A stretch of 64,000 nt of DNA from the NCBI GenBank assembly GCA_007376405.1, contig VMGD01000005.1, positions 2,372 through 66,371 on the forward strand, in the 5' to 3' direction. Within the stretch, counting starts at the first letter, position 1. Each line of letters opens with the position of its first letter. This document shows positions 26,449-37,397 of this stretch, one piece after another. The notes beneath the pieces are model-generated. The model had not been told where the DNA came from, made no database searches, and saw nothing but the letters and a program-made list of their open reading frames with translations. A program made the translations under genes and the position numbers. The stretch is from Microgenomates group bacterium Gr01-1014_7 (GTDB taxonomy: Bacteria > Patescibacteriota > Microgenomatia > Daviesbacterales > UBA10151).

Positions 26449-27486
26449 CTACACCAAAGATACAACTGCCTGCTTAAAATTTTTAACAAAGTTTTCTTTA
26501 CTAAAACGGTCCGCATTTTCTTTGCAGTCAGCAGGGTTAATTTTCTTTGAATCTAATTTTTTAATTGCGCCTGCTAATGATTCTACCGATTGAGTATCAA
26601 AAAAAAGTCCCGTTTTATTATCAATAACGGTTTCCACAACTCCTCCATCACGAAAAGCGATCACCGGTTTACCTAAAGCCTGTGCTTCCAGCACGACTAA
26701 CCCAAAATCTTCAATTCCAGGAGTAATTAATGCTCTGGCACCGGCCAAAATATTAACAACCATTTCATCGCTTAAATTTCCCTGTATAATTTTTAATTCT
26801 ACTCCTAAATTTTTGCACGCTGCCTCTGCCAGATCAAATCTTTTATAAATATTGGGCCTTCCTACTACTACAAAATATCCTCCGTCCCAGCCAGGGGCTG
26901 GTCCGCCTCTGGTGGAAAAAGTTTCTATATTTTTAAATCTTGCTAGATCTATAAAAGGATAAACTACTTTTGAATCTAACCTGTAAATTTTTTTTATTCT
27001 TTTTCTGGCATTTTCCGACCCGGCTAAAAAGAAATCCACACGGCGTGCAGCCACCTGATCGTAAATCCGCAGCTTAGTCATTAACAATTCTCCAATTCCA
27101 TAATTCCCTTCGCCTGAAAAATGCCATAAAAACCGTGGGGGGGTATGACAGTAACTTATATGTATTGTTCCGGGCTTTGTAATTACTGATTTGGCAAATC
27201 TGGTGGTGTGAGAAATTACCAGATCATATCCGGAAAAATCAAACTGTTCAAAAGCAATCGGATAAAAGGGGAGTAATGCCTTATAAAGACTCCTCCACCC
27301 GGGAATTTTCTGTAAAAAAGACGTGATAATTTTTTTTGATCCAAATCTTTTTACTAACTCCTGATTAGAAGCATCATAAACCGAAGTAAAAATTGGTGCA
27401 TCAGGATATATTTCACAAATCCCCTCCAAAATCCTCTCCGCCCCACCCCACTGCACCAGATCATCATGGACTATTGCAACCCGCAT
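26449..27486 (-). CDS. Glycosyltransferase family 4
   Basis: N-terminal RVAIVHDDLVQWGGAERIL and C-terminal ...EDFGLVVLEAQALGKPVIAF (EX7E-type). Confidence 0.8.
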   Translation of the reverse strand: MRVAIVHDDLVQWGGAERILEGICEIYPDAPIFTSVYDASNQELVKRFGSKKIITSFLQKIPGWRSLYKALLPFYPIAFEQFDFSGYDLVISHTTRFAKSVITKPGTIHISYCHTPPRFLWHFSGEGNYGIGELLMTKLRIYDQVAARRVDFFLAGSENARKRIKKIYRLDSKVVYPFIDLARFKNIETFSTRGGPAPGWDGGYFVVVGRPNIYKRFDLAEAACKNLGVELKIIQGNLSDEMVVNILAGARALITPGIEDFGLVVLEAQALGKPVIAFRDGGVVETVIDNKTGLFFDTQSVESLAGAIKKLDSKKINPADCKENADRFSKENFVKNFKQAVVSLV

Positions 27487-28586
27487 TTTGTGTATACCTC
27501 CAAAGTCTGTCCTGCCATCTTTTTCCAGCTAAAAAGCTTCACTCTGTTTTTGCCTTTTTCTATTAACTTTTTTCTTAAATTAACATTTTTCAGAACCTGA
27601 GAAATTTTGTTGACCATATCGTCTATCTTATTAGGGTCAAAATAAATCGCCGCTTTCCCTGCCACCTCCGGCAACGAGGCTGTATTGGAAGTTACAACGG
27701 GACAACCAAGCGCCATTGCCTCTAAAACAGGTAATCCAAATCCTTCTTCAAAAGAGGGGATTATCAAACACTCTGCATTTTTATACAAAGCAACAAGTTC
27801 TTCATCCGTCACAAATCCTGCATAAATTATCCCTTTCTCCTGCTGATCTTTTTTTATTCTTTGCCAAAAATAACTATCCCCTCCTGCCAAAATAAGTTTC
27901 AAATCCGGATTTGTCTCTCTTAATTTCAAAAACGCGGTAATCAACCCCTCCACATTTTTATGCGGATGGGCATTACCAACATAAAATGTATATGGAGGTT
28001 TTATATCAAATTTATCCAAAACTTTTTTACTTTTTACTTTTGACTTTAAACTTATTATTCTTTCATCAACCGCTTCCGGTGTAACGACTATTTTTTCAGA
28101 ATCCACCCGCCATTCATTAATTAGAAGCTCTCTCACGGAGTTTGATGGAACTAGAATTTTGCAGGATTTGGTTACAGCATTCTTAAAAACTCTTTTATAT
28201 CCAAATTGCTTTATTTTAAAAGTAAAAGGATTAAGGGTGGTTGCTCTTTTCATCTGATGATGCTGGTGAATAAGATCATGAATTGTTACCACAAATTTTC
28301 CGCTGTAAAAAATAGGGACATTAAAATGGGGAAAATGTACCAGATCAAACCGGTGTTTTTTTAACAGTTTAGGCAATTGAAACTGTTCGGCAAACCCATA
28401 CCATTTAAAATTAGCCTCTGACTTATTAAAGTTTCCTGCTTGTTTAAAATTATCCAGGTCTTTTGGCAAAAGAAATATAAAATACTCATTCTCTTTATCC
28501 AGCACCTGAAGATTACTAATAAGATTGCGCAAATACCTGCCTACTCCGGACTCATTTAAAAACCTGGCATCAATACCAATTTTCAT
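27471..28586 (-). CDS. Glycosyltransferase family 4
   Basis: C-terminal EEGFGLPVLEAMALGCPVVTSNTASLPEVAG. Confidence 0.8.
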   Translation of the reverse strand: MKIGIDARFLNESGVGRYLRNLISNLQVLDKENEYFIFLLPKDLDNFKQAGNFNKSEANFKWYGFAEQFQLPKLLKKHRFDLVHFPHFNVPIFYSGKFVVTIHDLIHQHHQMKRATTLNPFTFKIKQFGYKRVFKNAVTKSCKILVPSNSVRELLINEWRVDSEKIVVTPEAVDERIISLKSKVKSKKVLDKFDIKPPYTFYVGNAHPHKNVEGLITAFLKLRETNPDLKLILAGGDSYFWQRIKKDQQEKGIIYAGFVTDEELVALYKNAECLIIPSFEEGFGLPVLEAMALGCPVVTSNTASLPEVAGKAAIYFDPNKIDDMVNKISQVLKNVNLRKKLIEKGKNRVKLFSWKKMAGQTLEVYTKCGLQ

Positions 28587-29774
28587 TTATTTTTTGCCCA
28601 ATTCTTCATAAATCTGAGAGAGTTTTCCGGCTATTTGATCCCAGTTGTATTTCTGTTTTACTAATTTTCTTGCATTGTCTGCAATTTTTTTGGCAAAAGA
28701 TGGATTTTTAATTAGCTCAATTGCCGCCCTGGCAATATCTTCCGGGGTATCCCTGATAATTACTTCAACCCCATCTCTGGCATTTGTTCCCCCAATCCCA
28801 ATCGATGTTGTTACAACCGGCAAACCGGAAGCAAATGCCTCAAAGTTTTTATATCTGGTACCACCTCCCCCGTAAATTGGTGCAACCAAAACCCTAGCAG
28901 CTTGATAAACTTCTCTTACATCTACTACTTCATCAACCCTAATATCTGACGACTTCAAACTATTAAAGAAATTTTTGGCATCTTTGCCAATGATCCATAG
29001 TTTTGCATTGGGCATTTCTGCAGAAATAACAGGCCAAATCTTACTTACCAGAACCTTAACTGCTTCTCTATTTTGCAGCCAGGTGAAATTTCCCAGATAT
29101 AAAATAATTGGATTTTTTGATCTGTTTGCAACAGCAGTATTAAAATAATCTATATCCACCCCGTTCGGGACAATATCCGCATCCAGGCCGGGTAACTGAA
29201 ATTTCATAGTTTTTTTGTCCTCCTCGGACATAGCCACAACTTTTGCCGATTTATCCCAGAATTTCTTCTCCCAGAATTTAAGCTTTGCCACATCCACATA
29301 TAAAAAAGGTTTTAATGGAAAAACAGGAAACTCATCAACAAAATGTTTATAAACTAAATATTCAATAGTTTGCTCAACCAGCAGAATTGGAATTTGTGTC
29401 TTTGGAATATGCGGCATAACATAAAAAGTTTCCGCGTGAATTAAGTCAAAATCTTCTTTTTTTAATCTTTCCTCAATTGCTCCCCTTTCTCCCCTGGCCC
29501 AATTTCTGATAACTAAAAACGGGTAAACCGAGAAAGCAGTTCTTAAAATATTGTTTAATGTCCAGGGTCTTTCCGGTCTATTAAAAACTCTAACCTCTTT
29601 ACAGAATTTCTCCAGTTCCGATACATACTCTTTTTCATTTTCATTTTTTACCAGACAAAAAAGGGTAATCTCATGACCCAAAGCAGATAATCTTTTAATC
29701 AGGTTATATGACCTGGTCTGTCCACCGGTCAAAAGAGGGTAAGGTAAGTATGGAGTTAACATTAACACCTTCAT
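28587..29774 (-). CDS. Glycosyltransferase family 4
   Basis: N-terminal MKVLMLTPYLPYPLLTGGQTRSYNL and C-terminal GGGGTRYKNFEAFASGLPVVTT. Confidence 0.8.
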   Translation of the reverse strand: MKVLMLTPYLPYPLLTGGQTRSYNLIKRLSALGHEITLFCLVKNENEKEYVSELEKFCKEVRVFNRPERPWTLNNILRTAFSVYPFLVIRNWARGERGAIEERLKKEDFDLIHAETFYVMPHIPKTQIPILLVEQTIEYLVYKHFVDEFPVFPLKPFLYVDVAKLKFWEKKFWDKSAKVVAMSEEDKKTMKFQLPGLDADIVPNGVDIDYFNTAVANRSKNPIILYLGNFTWLQNREAVKVLVSKIWPVISAEMPNAKLWIIGKDAKNFFNSLKSSDIRVDEVVDVREVYQAARVLVAPIYGGGGTRYKNFEAFASGLPVVTTSIGIGGTNARDGVEVIIRDTPEDIARAAIELIKNPSFAKKIADNARKLVKQKYNWDQIAGKLSQIYEELGKK

Positions 29775-31267
29775 GGTTCTGAATCCTCTGGTGTCAGTGG
29801 ATTAGTTATTACTCTTAAATCGGCTATGACAAAACGTGGATTATCTTCCAGTATTTTAAAATGCCTTAGTACCCAGTTTGTTTTATTATCTCTATTTACA
29901 GAAATATAGTGAGTAACTCCGTAATCCGTAACAAGTTCCATTAAGGGTAGTGCCTCTACAGCCCATCCGGGCCTATTAATCTGATATAAAAAAGCTGTGT
30001 CACCGTTATATGGAGCAACCACCATTGCTTCTTTTGGCAAAATTTGGTCGGCAAATTTTCCCGCCTCTATTATGGGCGGATTATTAATTTTATAAAGCTC
30101 TTTTACTTGAGTCCATGTAAAATAAAATGTAAGAATTAAAAATAAGGTGGCAAGTAGTATTGTCCAAATCCGGGGAAGAAAAGTATTTGCTCCTTTAATT
30201 AAACTGACAAATCCCAAACTAACAAAAACGGAAGCAATCGGAGTAAAGATAAATTGGTAATAATCATGACGGACATTGCCGGTTGCAAAAATTACAAAAT
30301 ATAAAAACATAGCTAGTGCCCAAACATGTAGAAAGAAACTGCCGTTTCTGGGACGCATAATAAGACCCAAAAAGAATAAAAATGCTCCGGTTACCCCCAA
30401 GATTTCCCTGCCTATCCTTTCCGATACAATCCACCACCAGAAAGCAGGACGGAAACGAATCCCGTCGCCATTCATAAGCCAACTTGAAGCCGGAATTCCC
30501 TCAGGAAAATTTAGTATCCAAAATCTCCATAATATAAACGGCATTAGAGAAAGTACTGCAAAAAGAATAAAACTCTTCGGAATTTTTTTAATAGAACCAT
30601 ATTTAACAAATAAAGAATAGATAAGCGGAGGTACAAAAAAGATCGCCCATGGTTTAATTAAGAAGGCAATTGCCGTAAAGATAAATCCCCAAAACCCCCA
30701 TTTTCCCCCTCCTTCCCATATCCATCTATCCACAAAGCAAACCATCCCTAAAGCAAAGAATAAAAAAGTTGGCTCAGGAAGGGTTGTCCTTGAAAAAAAT
30801 ACATTAAATGGCAACAATGCATAAATTGCCGCCGTCAGTAAAGATACTGCAACTCCCAAATATCTTTTACAAATTAAATATAGAAAAACTATACTGCCCA
30901 GAGAAAACAGAATAGAAACCAGCCGGTCATATTTAATATCTATTCCATAAATCAAATACAGAGGATAAACTGCAATATTATAAACAGGAAATTCAACAAA
31001 ACGGAAACGGTTTAAATTGGCAATAGGATTTTCGGAAACCCCTGACATATCATCATACTTTGGAAAAAAAGGATTAAATCCTTCCTTGATAAAGTTTCTG
31101 GTAACCGAGGCTGTATCCACCTGTCTCCATGAATGCCAATCTGCCACAGGTGAATCAATCTTATAAATCCTTACAATGAAAGCTAAAATTAATATTAATG
31201 CTAACCAAAAAAATTGATTCTTAAAAAGATTTAACATATTTTTCAAATCTGGATGCAGCCAGTGCAA
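29771..31267 (-). CDS. GT-C-type integral-membrane glycosyltransferase (ArnT/PMT-like)
   Basis: 498 aa with about 11 TM helices, a first loop containing ADWHSWRQVDTASVTRNF, and a soluble C-terminal domain. Confidence 0.5.
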   Translation of the reverse strand: MHWLHPDLKNMLNLFKNQFFWLALILILAFIVRIYKIDSPVADWHSWRQVDTASVTRNFIKEGFNPFFPKYDDMSGVSENPIANLNRFRFVEFPVYNIAVYPLYLIYGIDIKYDRLVSILFSLGSIVFLYLICKRYLGVAVSLLTAAIYALLPFNVFFSRTTLPEPTFLFFALGMVCFVDRWIWEGGGKWGFWGFIFTAIAFLIKPWAIFFVPPLIYSLFVKYGSIKKIPKSFILFAVLSLMPFILWRFWILNFPEGIPASSWLMNGDGIRFRPAFWWWIVSERIGREILGVTGAFLFFLGLIMRPRNGSFFLHVWALAMFLYFVIFATGNVRHDYYQFIFTPIASVFVSLGFVSLIKGANTFLPRIWTILLATLFLILTFYFTWTQVKELYKINNPPIIEAGKFADQILPKEAMVVAPYNGDTAFLYQINRPGWAVEALPLMELVTDYGVTHYISVNRDNKTNWVLRHFKILEDNPRFVIADLRVITNPLTPEDSEP

Positions 31268-32657
31268 GACCTAAAATCATCCAGAAAAGCGATGCCACCT
31301 TTGATGCCTCAAAAACATCAATGAATAACCCATTTACCAAAAATGCTATCAACATAGACAGTACGCCTGCAGAAAAAAATTTAATTAATTTATTTTCATT
31401 TTTAAGACTTTGAAAAATCCTCTTTGCTATTTCAGTTAAAATTAATATAAAAGCCAGAGTTCCCAAAATGCCAACTTCTCCCAAAGACCTCAAAATATCA
31501 TTATCGGTTGCTATATCAATTGAGGAATATCCGCTGCCAAGTAGCGGATTTTTTGTAAAAGCTGCAATGGCCCTGGGCCATTCTATGTTAAGTCTTATCT
31601 GAAAGGATCTATAAACACCCAATTGTGTTGTATCTATAGGTTCTCCCGGAGTAATATCTGTAGCAATACCGGAAGATGTAGCAAATGTTGAAGTTTGGGC
31701 TGAAGTACTCGATGTTTTTACTGCCAAAGTGGGAATGTTTAGTTTACTTCTAATTTGTTGGTCTTCTGTTTTACCTTCATATCTTTGGCCCTGATGAAAT
31801 AAATTAACAGTCACAGTAGAAACAAGTCTGTCCCGGAGCTGTGAAGGATAAATTAAAAGGGCTAGGGCAACAATAGCTATAACCAAAATATATTTTTTCT
31901 TTTTTGAAAATAAAAGGGCTGCAGCAATCCCTACAAAAGCAGCCACAAACGAGATCCTTGCCGCAGTCATTATCAAAACCAGGAGGGAAAATAAGCCTAA
32001 TATTAAAATCCAAAATTTAATGGCATAATTTTTAAAAGCAAAAAACAAAGCTGTGACACAAGTTAAAACCATGGCCAGAAAAACTGCCAGATCATAATGT
32101 CCGGCAAAGGTTGAGTTAACTCTTGCATCAGGAGTAAGGCGCAAAATTAAACCCTTTGAAAACTCGGAATTGGTGGTAGAAATAACAGGCCAGTCAAGAT
32201 ATTGCTGACCCAGCGCGTATAAATTAACTGCCAAAACAGTTAGAAATAAAAATACCAGTATCCAATTAAATTTCTTTTTGCTTTTTATTACTGAGACCAC
32301 AACAGGCAAAAGCATCATAAACTCCACTCTTCTTAAAAAGTGAAATATTGTCAGATTAAAACTAACAGTATGTGTTAGAAATACTGCGGAAAATGAGGAA
32401 ACTGCGCCTATGAAAAAAAATACCAGTATCGCCTGATTTAGTTTATCCCTTAAAAAAACTCTTAGCTGATTTGATAACACTAAATAAATTCCCCAAAGCG
32501 AAACTGTTAAACCGATAATTAAATCCTCTAATCTTATGGCTACAAATGTGCCTTGGATATTTAATAGAGGAAATTTCGGATAAAGCGGAATAAAAACAAA
32601 CAGGAATAAAACAAGATAAAATAATACATTTTCGAGAATTAACAGACGTTTTCCCAT
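31221..32657 (-). CDS. O-antigen ligase / Wzy-like polymerase family membrane protein
   Basis: N-terminal ...PLYPKFPLLNIQGTFVAIRLEDLIIGL is typical of O-antigen-ligase-family proteins; the protein is polytopic with a large periplasmic loop. Confidence 0.55.
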   Translation of the reverse strand: MGKRLLILENVLFYLVLFLFVFIPLYPKFPLLNIQGTFVAIRLEDLIIGLTVSLWGIYLVLSNQLRVFLRDKLNQAILVFFFIGAVSSFSAVFLTHTVSFNLTIFHFLRRVEFMMLLPVVVSVIKSKKKFNWILVFLFLTVLAVNLYALGQQYLDWPVISTTNSEFSKGLILRLTPDARVNSTFAGHYDLAVFLAMVLTCVTALFFAFKNYAIKFWILILGLFSLLVLIMTAARISFVAAFVGIAAALLFSKKKKYILVIAIVALALLIYPSQLRDRLVSTVTVNLFHQGQRYEGKTEDQQIRSKLNIPTLAVKTSSTSAQTSTFATSSGIATDITPGEPIDTTQLGVYRSFQIRLNIEWPRAIAAFTKNPLLGSGYSSIDIATDNDILRSLGEVGILGTLAFILILTEIAKRIFQSLKNENKLIKFFSAGVLSMLIAFLVNGLFIDVFEASKVASLFWMILGLALAASRFEKYVKSF

Positions 32658-32659
32658 AT

Positions 32660-33205
32660 TTAAATTAAAATTTTCCTTCCCAGTTTATAAAGAAAATAAA
32701 TCGAAGCAATGATTCCCATCCAAACTATAATTCTGACAAAATAATTTGATGGATAAAATCTCAAGGTTGTCTTGGTAAACCAGCCATGTCCGTTAACCTC
32801 AAATTTAGTGGATCCCCAAAATTTTGGAGTTCCATCAGAGTAAAACGGTTCAAAACCATTGACATAGAAAGAATTTCTTAGGGGATACACTAATTCTTCA
32901 AGAAAAGTTGAGTCTGTATGTTTTTTTATGGCAATCCATGAATATTCAGGCGGACGGTTTATTCTAATGGGCGGGAAAGGTAGTCTTGATTTTTCCTGAT
33001 AATTTGAAACATAAAAAGGTACTATAAATTCCCGGAAATTATTGGAAAAATATCCTGCAACATTTGGAATTTGCCAAGTATCTCCTGCTAAATCTGATTT
33101 ATCAGAGCTGGGTAATGATTTGAAATCGGAAATTTTGGAGGGTCCCGGCCAAAGCATATAGACAAGAAGAAACGCTGAAAAGATTATATATAGCTTTTTT
33201 GTCAT
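32660..33205 (-). CDS. Hypothetical bitopic membrane protein
   Basis: 181 aa with TM helices at both ends and no recognisable motif. Confidence 0.4.
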   Translation of the reverse strand: MTKKLYIIFSAFLLVYMLWPGPSKISDFKSLPSSDKSDLAGDTWQIPNVAGYFSNNFREFIVPFYVSNYQEKSRLPFPPIRINRPPEYSWIAIKKHTDSTFLEELVYPLRNSFYVNGFEPFYSDGTPKFWGSTKFEVNGHGWFTKTTLRFYPSNYFVRIIVWMGIIASIYFLYKLGRKILI

Positions 33206-33822
33206 TGAAACAACCTTGCTCTCCCAACTCTATATTTGGGATCTTTTAACTTTCTTTCGCCTATTATCTCTGCCGGTATTCCTCCAACAATTACAAACTC
33301 CGATACATCTTTTGTCACTACTGCTCCGGCTGCTACAACTGCTCCTTTACCAATCCTGACACCAGGAAGGATAATTGCTCTTGGTCCGATAAAGACGTAA
33401 TCCCCTATTTCTACAGAGCCGGTTATAGCACGAAAATCTTCCGAGTTTATATCATGTTCGGAAGTATAAATCATCACCTCGGATGCAATATCAACATGGC
33501 TACCAATCGTAATCTTATCTCGCCCATCCAAAAATACGCCATATCCAATAACTGAATCTTCTTCTATTTTAAGTTTTTTTAAAGAAAAAAAACGGCAATC
33601 CATGTGGATGCTTGAATATTTACCGATTTTTGCGCCGGCAATCCTCATTAAAAATCGGCGTAGGTGATGAGAAGGAATATTTACCAATAAGTGAAGCACG
33701 AACAGACTGAAATCAGCCATATAATTATACAATCTGTTGCCCACCTTTCCCTGAGCTTCTTCGAGAGTTAATTCTCTGCCCATCCGATCATGAAATATAG
33801 CCATAGGTAAATTATATCGCAA
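33202..33822 (-). CDS. Hexapeptide-repeat (left-handed beta-helix) acetyltransferase, WcaF/WbbJ-like sugar O-acetyltransferase
   Basis: IGYGVFLDGRDKITIGSHVDIASEVMIYTSEHD...IGDYVFIGPRAIILPGVRIGKGAVVAAGAVV contains hexapeptide repeats. Confidence 0.8.
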   Translation of the reverse strand: MRYNLPMAIFHDRMGRELTLEEAQGKVGNRLYNYMADFSLFVLHLLVNIPSHHLRRFLMRIAGAKIGKYSSIHMDCRFFSLKKLKIEEDSVIGYGVFLDGRDKITIGSHVDIASEVMIYTSEHDINSEDFRAITGSVEIGDYVFIGPRAIILPGVRIGKGAVVAAGAVVTKDVSEFVIVGGIPAEIIGERKLKDPKYRVGRARLFQ

Positions 33823-33844
33823 AGCGATACAAGAAGTGAAACGA

Positions 33845-34966
33845 TTATATCAGTTCGAAGACTTTCAAAACAGTTTTCGTTGTTTTTTCCCAGGAAAATT
33901 TTTTGGCTTGCTCAATTCCTGCTTTCGAATATTTTTGTTGCAGCTTTTTATCGCTGATTATTGTTCTTACTGCCTGCTCTATTTGATCAACAGAATATGG
34001 ATCAACTAAAAATCCGGCATTGCCCACCAGCTCAGGTAGTGAGGAAACATTAGAAACAATAACCGGGGTTCCACAAGCCATGGCTTCCAAAACAGGTATA
34101 CCAAATCCCTCCCAAAGAGAGGGTAAACAAAAAGCTGTTGCACCCGATATTAGATATGGCAATTCCTTTATCGGTACAAAACCCGTAAAGATTACTTTAT
34201 CCTCTATTCCTAATCTTTTGGGAGTCTGCAAAATATCCTCATACATCCAACCCTCTCTACCCTCTCCTTTTGTTTTTCCCACCACCACCAGATTTAGTCC
34301 CTCAATCCTTGAAACCGCCTCTATCAATCTTATTAAATTTTTTCTTGGCTGAATAGTCCCTATATATATTATGTAGCTATCTTTTATCTTATATTTCTTT
34401 TTTATTTGCTTAATTCTTAATTCTGAATTCTTAATTCTAAATTCTTCTCTATCATATCCCGGATAAGCCACAGTTATTTTATCTTTGCTTATTCCATATT
34501 GCTTCATAATATCCTGCTTTGAGAAATTGGAAATAGTAACAATATGATCGGCGTTTTCAATAGAAAATTTAGTCCAGTTTTTAAGCTGCCACAAATCTTT
34601 TTTTGTAAACATTTCGGGAAAATGCAGGAAAGATAAGTCAAAAATAGTACATATCCGTTTTATTCCTGATGGGCAAAATCCGGGAATATAATGAGTAGGA
34701 GAAAAAAGTATATCCGGTCTTTTGCGATTTAAATACAATGCTGCAGGCAAAGCAATTCTTGTCCAAAGTCTTAAAGGCTTAAGAATTTTATACTTCCATC
34801 CCGGCCGCTCTGGTGGCAGGTCCCCAAGCGGGGGAGAGGGAAGTAAAATTGTATAGTCATTTTTACTGTCAATACGCTCAAGTGTGCGAATTAACTCAAA
34901 CGCAACCTGCGATGATCCAAGTCGCTGCCCCACATTAGCCTCATATCCATCAATCCAAATTTTCAT
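33845..34966 (-). CDS. Glycosyltransferase family 4
   Basis: C-terminal WEGFGIPVLEAMACGTPVIVSNVSSLPELVG. Confidence 0.8.
   Translation of the reverse strand: MKIWIDGYEANVGQRLGSSQVAFELIRTLERIDSKNDYTILLPSPPLGDLPPERPGWKYKILKPLRLWTRIALPAALYLNRKRPDILFSPTHYIPGFCPSGIKRICTIFDLSFLHFPEMFTKKDLWQLKNWTKFSIENADHIVTISNFSKQDIMKQYGISKDKITVAYPGYDREEFRIKNSELRIKQIKKKYKIKDSYIIYIGTIQPRKNLIRLIEAVSRIEGLNLVVVGKTKGEGREGWMYEDILQTPKRLGIEDKVIFTGFVPIKELPYLISGATAFCLPSLWEGFGIPVLEAMACGTPVIVSNVSSLPELVGNAGFLVDPYSVDQIEQAVRTIISDKKLQQKYSKAGIEQAKKFSWEKTTKTVLKVFELI
34405..34439. repeat. Imperfect heptanucleotide tandem repeat ([T/G/A]AATTCT x5) inside the GT4 coding sequence
   Basis: taattct taattct gaattct taattct aaattct; encodes ...EFRIKNSELRIKQIK... 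on the minus strand. Confidence 0.6.
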
Positions 34967-35979
34967 CCTACAAGCCTCCTGTAAACTTCTGCTGTTTGCT
35001 GGGCTGTTTTTTCCCAGGAAAATTTCTTAACTTGCTCAAAGCCTTTTTTAACAAATTCTTTTCTCAAATCTTTATCCTCCATCAGTATCTCCAACTTCCT
35101 TTTCATTTCAGTGGTATTTAGTGGATCAACATAGATAGCAGCTGCTCCGCCTACTTCAGGCATTGAGGAAACATTGGAAGTTATAACAGGAATGCCACAA
35201 GCAAATGCATCAACTATTGGCAGTCCAAATCCCTCATAAAGGGAGGGGTAAAGCAGCACTGTTGCACCACTGTACAAAAGTTCCAGCTCATCAATACTTA
35301 ACCAGGGGATAGTTTGCCCGGAAATTACCAGATTATAATCTTTAGCAGCTTCTTTAACTGCTTTTAAATTTCTCCTCTCCCCTATCCCTCCAATTGCCAA
35401 AATATAGGCTTCAGGCAATCCGTATTTTTTTCTAAATTTTTCTATTTTTACTTTAGCTTGAGGTTTAAAATCGGAAGTTGGCGCCTCATAAATAACAATA
35501 ATTTTTTCTTCCGGAATATTGGAAACTTCCATCAGGTCTCTTTTTGTAGACTGCGAAACGGCAATTACAATATCTATTTCTTTTTCTACAATCTTCAGTC
35601 TTCTTTTATGAACAGCCACAATTTTGGGGTGTGACCACCGGGGGTATTTTAAGGCTACAACATCATGATAAGTAGTAACTTTCTTAGCTTTGGCAGGAGG
35701 CTGTGTCCAATCGGATGAATGAAAAATATCAAGTGGACCTAAAAACTTCTCAATAGGAACATTTCTCCATCTGTTAAAAAGCATTTCAAAAAATGTTGGA
35801 GGCAATCTATATCTCTTAACATTTTTAAGTTTTCCCGAGTATGGCTTTCTTAAAGAAGAATAAAAATAAACCATTTCCAGCTCTTTAATTTTAGAAAGCT
35901 CGCGGGTTAAATTTTGAGTATAGGTAACTACTCCACCCAAATGAGCAATTTGTGAAATGTCCATACCAACCCGTAACAT
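34963..35979 (-). CDS. Glycosyltransferase family 4
   Basis: C-terminal [31 protein letters not shown]. Confidence 0.8.
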   Translation of the reverse strand: MLRVGMDISQIAHLGGVVTYTQNLTRELSKIKELEMVYFYSSLRKPYSGKLKNVKRYRLPPTFFEMLFNRWRNVPIEKFLGPLDIFHSSDWTQPPAKAKKVTTYHDVVALKYPRWSHPKIVAVHKRRLKIVEKEIDIVIAVSQSTKRDLMEVSNIPEEKIIVIYEAPTSDFKPQAKVKIEKFRKKYGLPEAYILAIGGIGERRNLKAVKEAAKDYNLVISGQTIPWLSIDELELLYSGATVLLYPSLYEGFGLPIVDAFACGIPVITSNVSSMPEVGGAAAIYVDPLNTTEMKRKLEILMEDKDLRKEFVKKGFEQVKKFSWEKTAQQTAEVYRRLVG

Positions 35980-35996
35980 CAGTCAATTGTATCAGA

Positions 35997-37397
35997 TTAC
36001 TGTGGTTTTCGGCGCAAAATATCCGTTGTTCCAACTTGGTCTATTGGCTCGTAATTTTGCTGAATATATTGATCAATTTCCTTTGCAAATTCGGTAATCG
36101 GCTGATCTTCTATCTTAACAGTTCTATCAGAAACTATAATTTCCGGCTGATCCTTCTTAATACCCTCTAAAATTCTTTTCTCCGCCACTTTATAAAACCA
36201 TGGGAATTGAAATACAAAAACATCTCCTGCGGGTAAAACTTGAGACATCTGATAAAGATGAGGCGCTGCTCCAAAAACAAATATCTTATCATTCGGTTTT
36301 GTATGCTGCATGACTTTATTTGCTATTGCATAAGTTGATTGATCAAAAAAGAAAACTTTATCGCCTAAATGTCCTTTATAAGCGGAGCTTGCAACATCTT
36401 TGATGTTATAAAAAATATTTAACCACCATATTGCAATCAGCATATAGCCAATTATCAAAATTTTCCCTAATTTACCCAATCCCCCTAATTTCCCTAATCC
36501 ATACACCGTTGCCAAAACAGCAAAAGGTAATGCCGGCTGAAAATGGACAAAATCAAATCTTGTTGAGAGTCCCATCAAACTACCAACCAAAAAAATCAAA
36601 AGTATCGTAACTGATCTCTCTTTGATTCTAAGTAGTGCAATAAAAGCGCTACCAAAAACCAAAGCTACCCTTGAAAGATGGGCAAACGAAGGCATTTCCC
36701 CTCTGCCATATTGGGCAAAAACTGTTAAGTTAAAAATTACTGTCCAATAAAAAAAATCACTAAACACTCCTATGCTTATTAAATAAATTATCATTAGAAA
36801 AATAGGTATCACTAAACCAATAAAAAAGTCTCTCATTTTTTTAAACTCTCTACTCTCCCACCAAACATAAAATGCTAATAAAGCAGCGAGGGGAATCATC
36901 ACTTGCTTAAAAACAACTACTAAACCTATTAGTATCCCGCTAATGAAAAACTTTCTGTTATATAGAGAATAAAAGGCCGGTAATAAAATAAGTGGTAAAA
37001 AAGAGTCTATCCACAAAACCCATCCTTCAAAGAAAGGCTGCCACAAAAAGTATAAAAGATTTACTAATAGAGCTTTATAACCATTTTTTAAAATAGATCT
37101 TGATATAAAAAATAAAAATAGATGAGTAATTAATACAATACTTATTAACCAAATTCTTGCACTAATTTCATTTGTCATTCCCAGGTTATCAAAATTAATT
37201 GGCAAGAACATTAAACCCGGGAAATGCTGATCCAAAATTTGAAAGTAGGGCAGAAGTCCATGGTTTGTTAAATACGGATAAATAAAAAGTTCAGGATAGG
37301 GGAAAAATATTAGTTTAGTAAGTAAAAAGCCGTGAACCAGTAAGATTAAACCAAGTAAAAAATATTGTAAATTATTCTTTGACATAGTGATATACAA
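35997..37397 (-). CDS. Polytopic membrane protein with a C-terminal soluble domain (possibly a GT-C-like glycosyltransferase)
   Basis: 466 aa with about 9 TM helices and an internal GLGKLGGLGKLG tandem duplication. Confidence 0.4.
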   Translation of the reverse strand: MYITMSKNNLQYFLLGLILLVHGFLLTKLIFFPYPELFIYPYLTNHGLLPYFQILDQHFPGLMFLPINFDNLGMTNEISARIWLISIVLITHLFLFFISRSILKNGYKALLVNLLYFLWQPFFEGWVLWIDSFLPLILLPAFYSLYNRKFFISGILIGLVVVFKQVMIPLAALLAFYVWWESREFKKMRDFFIGLVIPIFLMIIYLISIGVFSDFFYWTVIFNLTVFAQYGRGEMPSFAHLSRVALVFGSAFIALLRIKERSVTILLIFLVGSLMGLSTRFDFVHFQPALPFAVLATVYGLGKLGGLGKLGKILIIGYMLIAIWWLNIFYNIKDVASSAYKGHLGDKVFFFDQSTYAIANKVMQHTKPNDKIFVFGAAPHLYQMSQVLPAGDVFVFQFPWFYKVAEKRILEGIKKDQPEIIVSDRTVKIEDQPITEFAKEIDQYIQQNYEPIDQVGTTDILRRKPQ

